Positions 61,737 through 64,000 of a stretch of 64,000 nt of DNA are shown here, piece after piece. Below the pieces are notes generated by a model. It had not been told where the DNA came from. It saw only the letters and a program-made list of their open reading frames with translations, and ran no database searches. Positions within the stretch are counted from its first letter, which is position 1, and each line of letters starts with the position of its first letter. A program made the position numbers and the translations under genes. Source of the stretch: Candidatus Latescibacterota bacterium (GTDB taxonomy: Bacteria; Latescibacterota; UBA2968; GCA-2709665). Location: positions 512,001 to 576,000 of the forward strand of contig CBDDDZ010000003.1 of NCBI GenBank assembly GCA_965226795.1. The letters are read 5' to 3'.

Positions 61737-62471
61737 TTGCAGACATTCGCAGTCTATCGATCCCTCGGATGGTTGGATTTCAAGAACGTGAAGCGTGACA
61801 GGCTATTGGCCTGGATGGTGGCCATGCCCCTGATGATCGCCGCCCTGTACCGTTTCGGCCTGCCGCCGCTGGCCGATTGGTTGCTGGAGGGATACGCATT
61901 TGATCTTAGGCGATATTACCCGCTGCTGATGAGCGTTTACGTGATGACGGCGCCGGGGATGATCGGCACGGTGATCGGTTTTCTGCTTCTGGACGAACGG
62001 GATGATCGGATGCTGACGGCCCTGCTGGTTACGCCGATGTCAACTAAGGGATTTCTGGCCTACAGGATTACGATTCCACTGGTGTCCGGCTTTATCATTA
62101 CAATTGTAGGCTACCGGCTGATCGGTCTGATGCCGGTTTCGTTGTCCGATTTGACGGCTGTTTCGATGTTGGCTTCGTTCAACGCCCCGATAACGGCCCT
62201 GGCATTAGCGGGATTCGCGGAGAACAAAGTAACCGGGTTCGCTTTCGTAAAGGTCTTGAACGCGATCACTATGGCTCCTGTGATCGCTTTTTTTGTGACG
62301 TCCGCCTGGCAGTTCGTTGCGGGGTTGGTACCCGCGTACTGGCCGATGAAGATGCTCTGGCTGGTGGCATCCGACGAAGGGTACGTATTGTACGGGCTCG
62401 GGGGACTTGCAGTAAACGCCCTGGCGGTATTGCTGCTGCTTAAGCGGTTTCATTCGGTTATGCACCGGTGA
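61737..62471 (+). CDS. ABC exporter permease (Rv2686c-like)
   Basis: Hydrophobic; FLLLDERDD...LLVTP, AENKVTG. Confidence 0.8.
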   Translation: MQTFAVYRSLGWLDFKNVKRDRLLAWMVAMPLMIAALYRFGLPPLADWLLEGYAFDLRRYYPLLMSVYVMTAPGMIGTVIGFLLLDERDDRMLTALLVTPMSTKGFLAYRITIPLVSGFIITIVGYRLIGLMPVSLSDLTAVSMLASFNAPITALALAGFAENKVTGFAFVKVLNAITMAPVIAFFVTSAWQFVAGLVPAYWPMKMLWLVASDEGYVLYGLGGLAVNALAVLLLLKRFHSVMHR

Positions 62472-62532
62472 GGGACGCCCGGTTCCGGACGGGATACCGG
62501 CAAACGGGCGCGTTGTGAAAGGGTTATAAAGT

Positions 62533-63750
62533 ATGACCTATGACCTGGTGCTGAAGGGGGGCACCGTGATCGACGGTGCGCAGGGATTGAACGGGATATA
62601 TGACGTCGCGGTTCACGGAGAGACGATTGCCGCCGTGGAGAAGGAGATTGCCGAGCCCGCCAACGAGACGGTCGACCTTTCCGGCAGATTTCTTACGCCT
62701 GGCTGGGTCGATATTCACACACACATCTATGCCGGGGCTACCACGTGGGGGATTCAGGCGGATGCGCTATGCCTGGCGACGGGCGTGACCACGGTCGTGG
62801 ATGCGGGCAGTCCGGGATGGGCGAATTTCATGGGGTTCCGCGACTACGTGGCGGCGCCGGCGCGGACTCAGGTGTTGACGTTTGTGCATATCAGCGGCAT
62901 CGGGTTGACCTGCGGATCCGTCGGTGAGATGCAGGATTTGCGGTATGCCGACCCCCAACGCACGGCATATGTAATTCAGAGGTGGCCGGAACTCTGTGTG
63001 GGCGTGAAGGTGCGCCAAGGCAGACACCAGGTGGGCGACAACGGAGTGGCGCCGCTACGGCTGGCTGTTGAGGCCGCCGAACGCTCCAATTCGAGGGTAA
63101 TGGTGCATGCCGGCGCCGGCGTTCCGCTGCCGGACGTACTGGGCGAGGTCCGGCCTGGCGATATCGTCACCCACTGCTATCACGGCGGTGGCGATACCAT
63201 CCTCGGTAGCGAGGAACGTGTAATTCCGGAGGTGTGGGCGGCGCGTGAGCGGGGAGTCTTGTTCGATCTGGGCCACGGAGGGGGCAGTTTCCTGTTCGAA
63301 GTCGCAAAAAAAGCCCTGGCGCAGGGTTTTCCTTCGGACGTGATCAGTACGGATCTGCACGTACATTGTTTAAACGACCCGGTCTACAGTCTGCCGGAGA
63401 CGGCCTCCAAACTGCTGAACCTGGGAATGGAGTTGCCGGAAGTCGTCTACCAGTCAACAGCTGCGCCCGCTACGGCGATTGGACGAGAAGAAGAACTGGG
63501 AACGTTGAAGGTGGGCACCGTGGCAGACCTGGCGGCGTTCGAAGTACAGGAAGGTGCGTTCGAGTTTCGGGACGTGGGTGACAACCTGGAGGTGGGCTCG
63601 CGTATGATTCAGCCGGTACTGACCGTTCGCAAAGGGAAAGTGTACCGGCCGGCGGACCTGAAAGAGGAAGTCGCGGAGACGTTGCACAGGGCACGCGAGA
63701 TGAATGCGCTGGTGAGGGGCCAGTTCGACAAGCCAGGCCCGGGTCCGTAG
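62533..63750 (+). CDS. Amidohydrolase (dihydroorotase-like/deacetylase family)
   Basis: PGWVDIHTH, GVTTVVDAGS, THCYHG, DLGHG, ISTDLH. Confidence 0.9.
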   Translation: MTYDLVLKGGTVIDGAQGLNGIYDVAVHGETIAAVEKEIAEPANETVDLSGRFLTPGWVDIHTHIYAGATTWGIQADALCLATGVTTVVDAGSPGWANFMGFRDYVAAPARTQVLTFVHISGIGLTCGSVGEMQDLRYADPQRTAYVIQRWPELCVGVKVRQGRHQVGDNGVAPLRLAVEAAERSNSRVMVHAGAGVPLPDVLGEVRPGDIVTHCYHGGGDTILGSEERVIPEVWAARERGVLFDLGHGGGSFLFEVAKKALAQGFPSDVISTDLHVHCLNDPVYSLPETASKLLNLGMELPEVVYQSTAAPATAIGREEELGTLKVGTVADLAAFEVQEGAFEFRDVGDNLEVGSRMIQPVLTVRKGKVYRPADLKEEVAETLHRAREMNALVRGQFDKPGPGP

Positions 63751-63805
63751 ACTGGGTTCAATCGGGTTAAACGCCGACGTTGGAGATTCAGAAAGGAAGC
63801 ATTTC

Positions 63806-64000
63806 ATGTCAATGACCGGTGCGGAGGTGCTAGTCGAGGGGCTGACAGCGGCCGGGGTGAAGCATCTGTTTTCGCTGTCGGGCAATCAGATCCTCTCGGT
63901 TTACGATGCGACGATCGGCCGGGACATCGCATTAATCCACACCCGCCACGAAGCCGCGGCCGTCCATATGGCGGATGGTTGGGGAAGGTTGACCGAGGAG
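63806..64000 (+). CDS. Thiamine pyrophosphate-binding enzyme (acetolactate synthase-like), runs off window end
   Basis: MSMTGAEVLVEGL..AGVKHLFSLSG...TRHEAAAVHMADG. Confidence 0.88.
   Translation, partial: MSMTGAEVLVEGLTAAGVKHLFSLSGNQILSVYDATIGRDIALIHTRHEAAAVHMADGWGRLTEE

Noticed and set aside
1..64000. tRNA, rRNA, prophage or retron/RT genes
   Set aside because: No cloverleaf, rRNA signature, phage structural gene or reverse transcriptase motif was recognised.

Overview
This is a GC-rich bacterial window with no rRNA, tRNA or CRISPR array. Its gene content (four PhyH-type dioxygenase genes, three Gfo/Idh/MocA oxidoreductases, dockerin/EF-hand-tagged and FlgD/Por-CTD-tagged secreted proteins, an LRR protein and a heparinase-like lyase) suggests a Latescibacterota/Poribacteria-like organism, possibly host-associated; the taxonomy is inference. 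In order, it holds: an MFS transporter; a probably sigma54-controlled envelope/efflux cluster (DUF4097 lipoprotein, TlpA, MacB-like permease, ECF sigma, RND adaptor, ATPase); catabolic enzymes; an SDR-QueA-like-two-component operon; a broken mcrB with intact mcrC; a cobalamin-riboswitch-led B12 uptake locus interrupted by a secreted double-Cache protein and hicBA; a PIN toxin pair; a complete IS1380; a second hicAB; and an ABC exporter. The most striking unexplained feature is a dispersed ~200-bp non-coding element with 10 full and 3 partial copies in two subtypes. Each copy has a covarying outer stem around a 78-82 nt loop, in which three conserved boxes are separated by variable segments of near-constant length. 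A short covarying hairpin and a covarying H-type pseudoknot with triple-helix geometry follow. The subtypes often sit as back-to-back A/B pairs with REP-like palindromes nearby. Several single-base frameshifts may be assembly errors.
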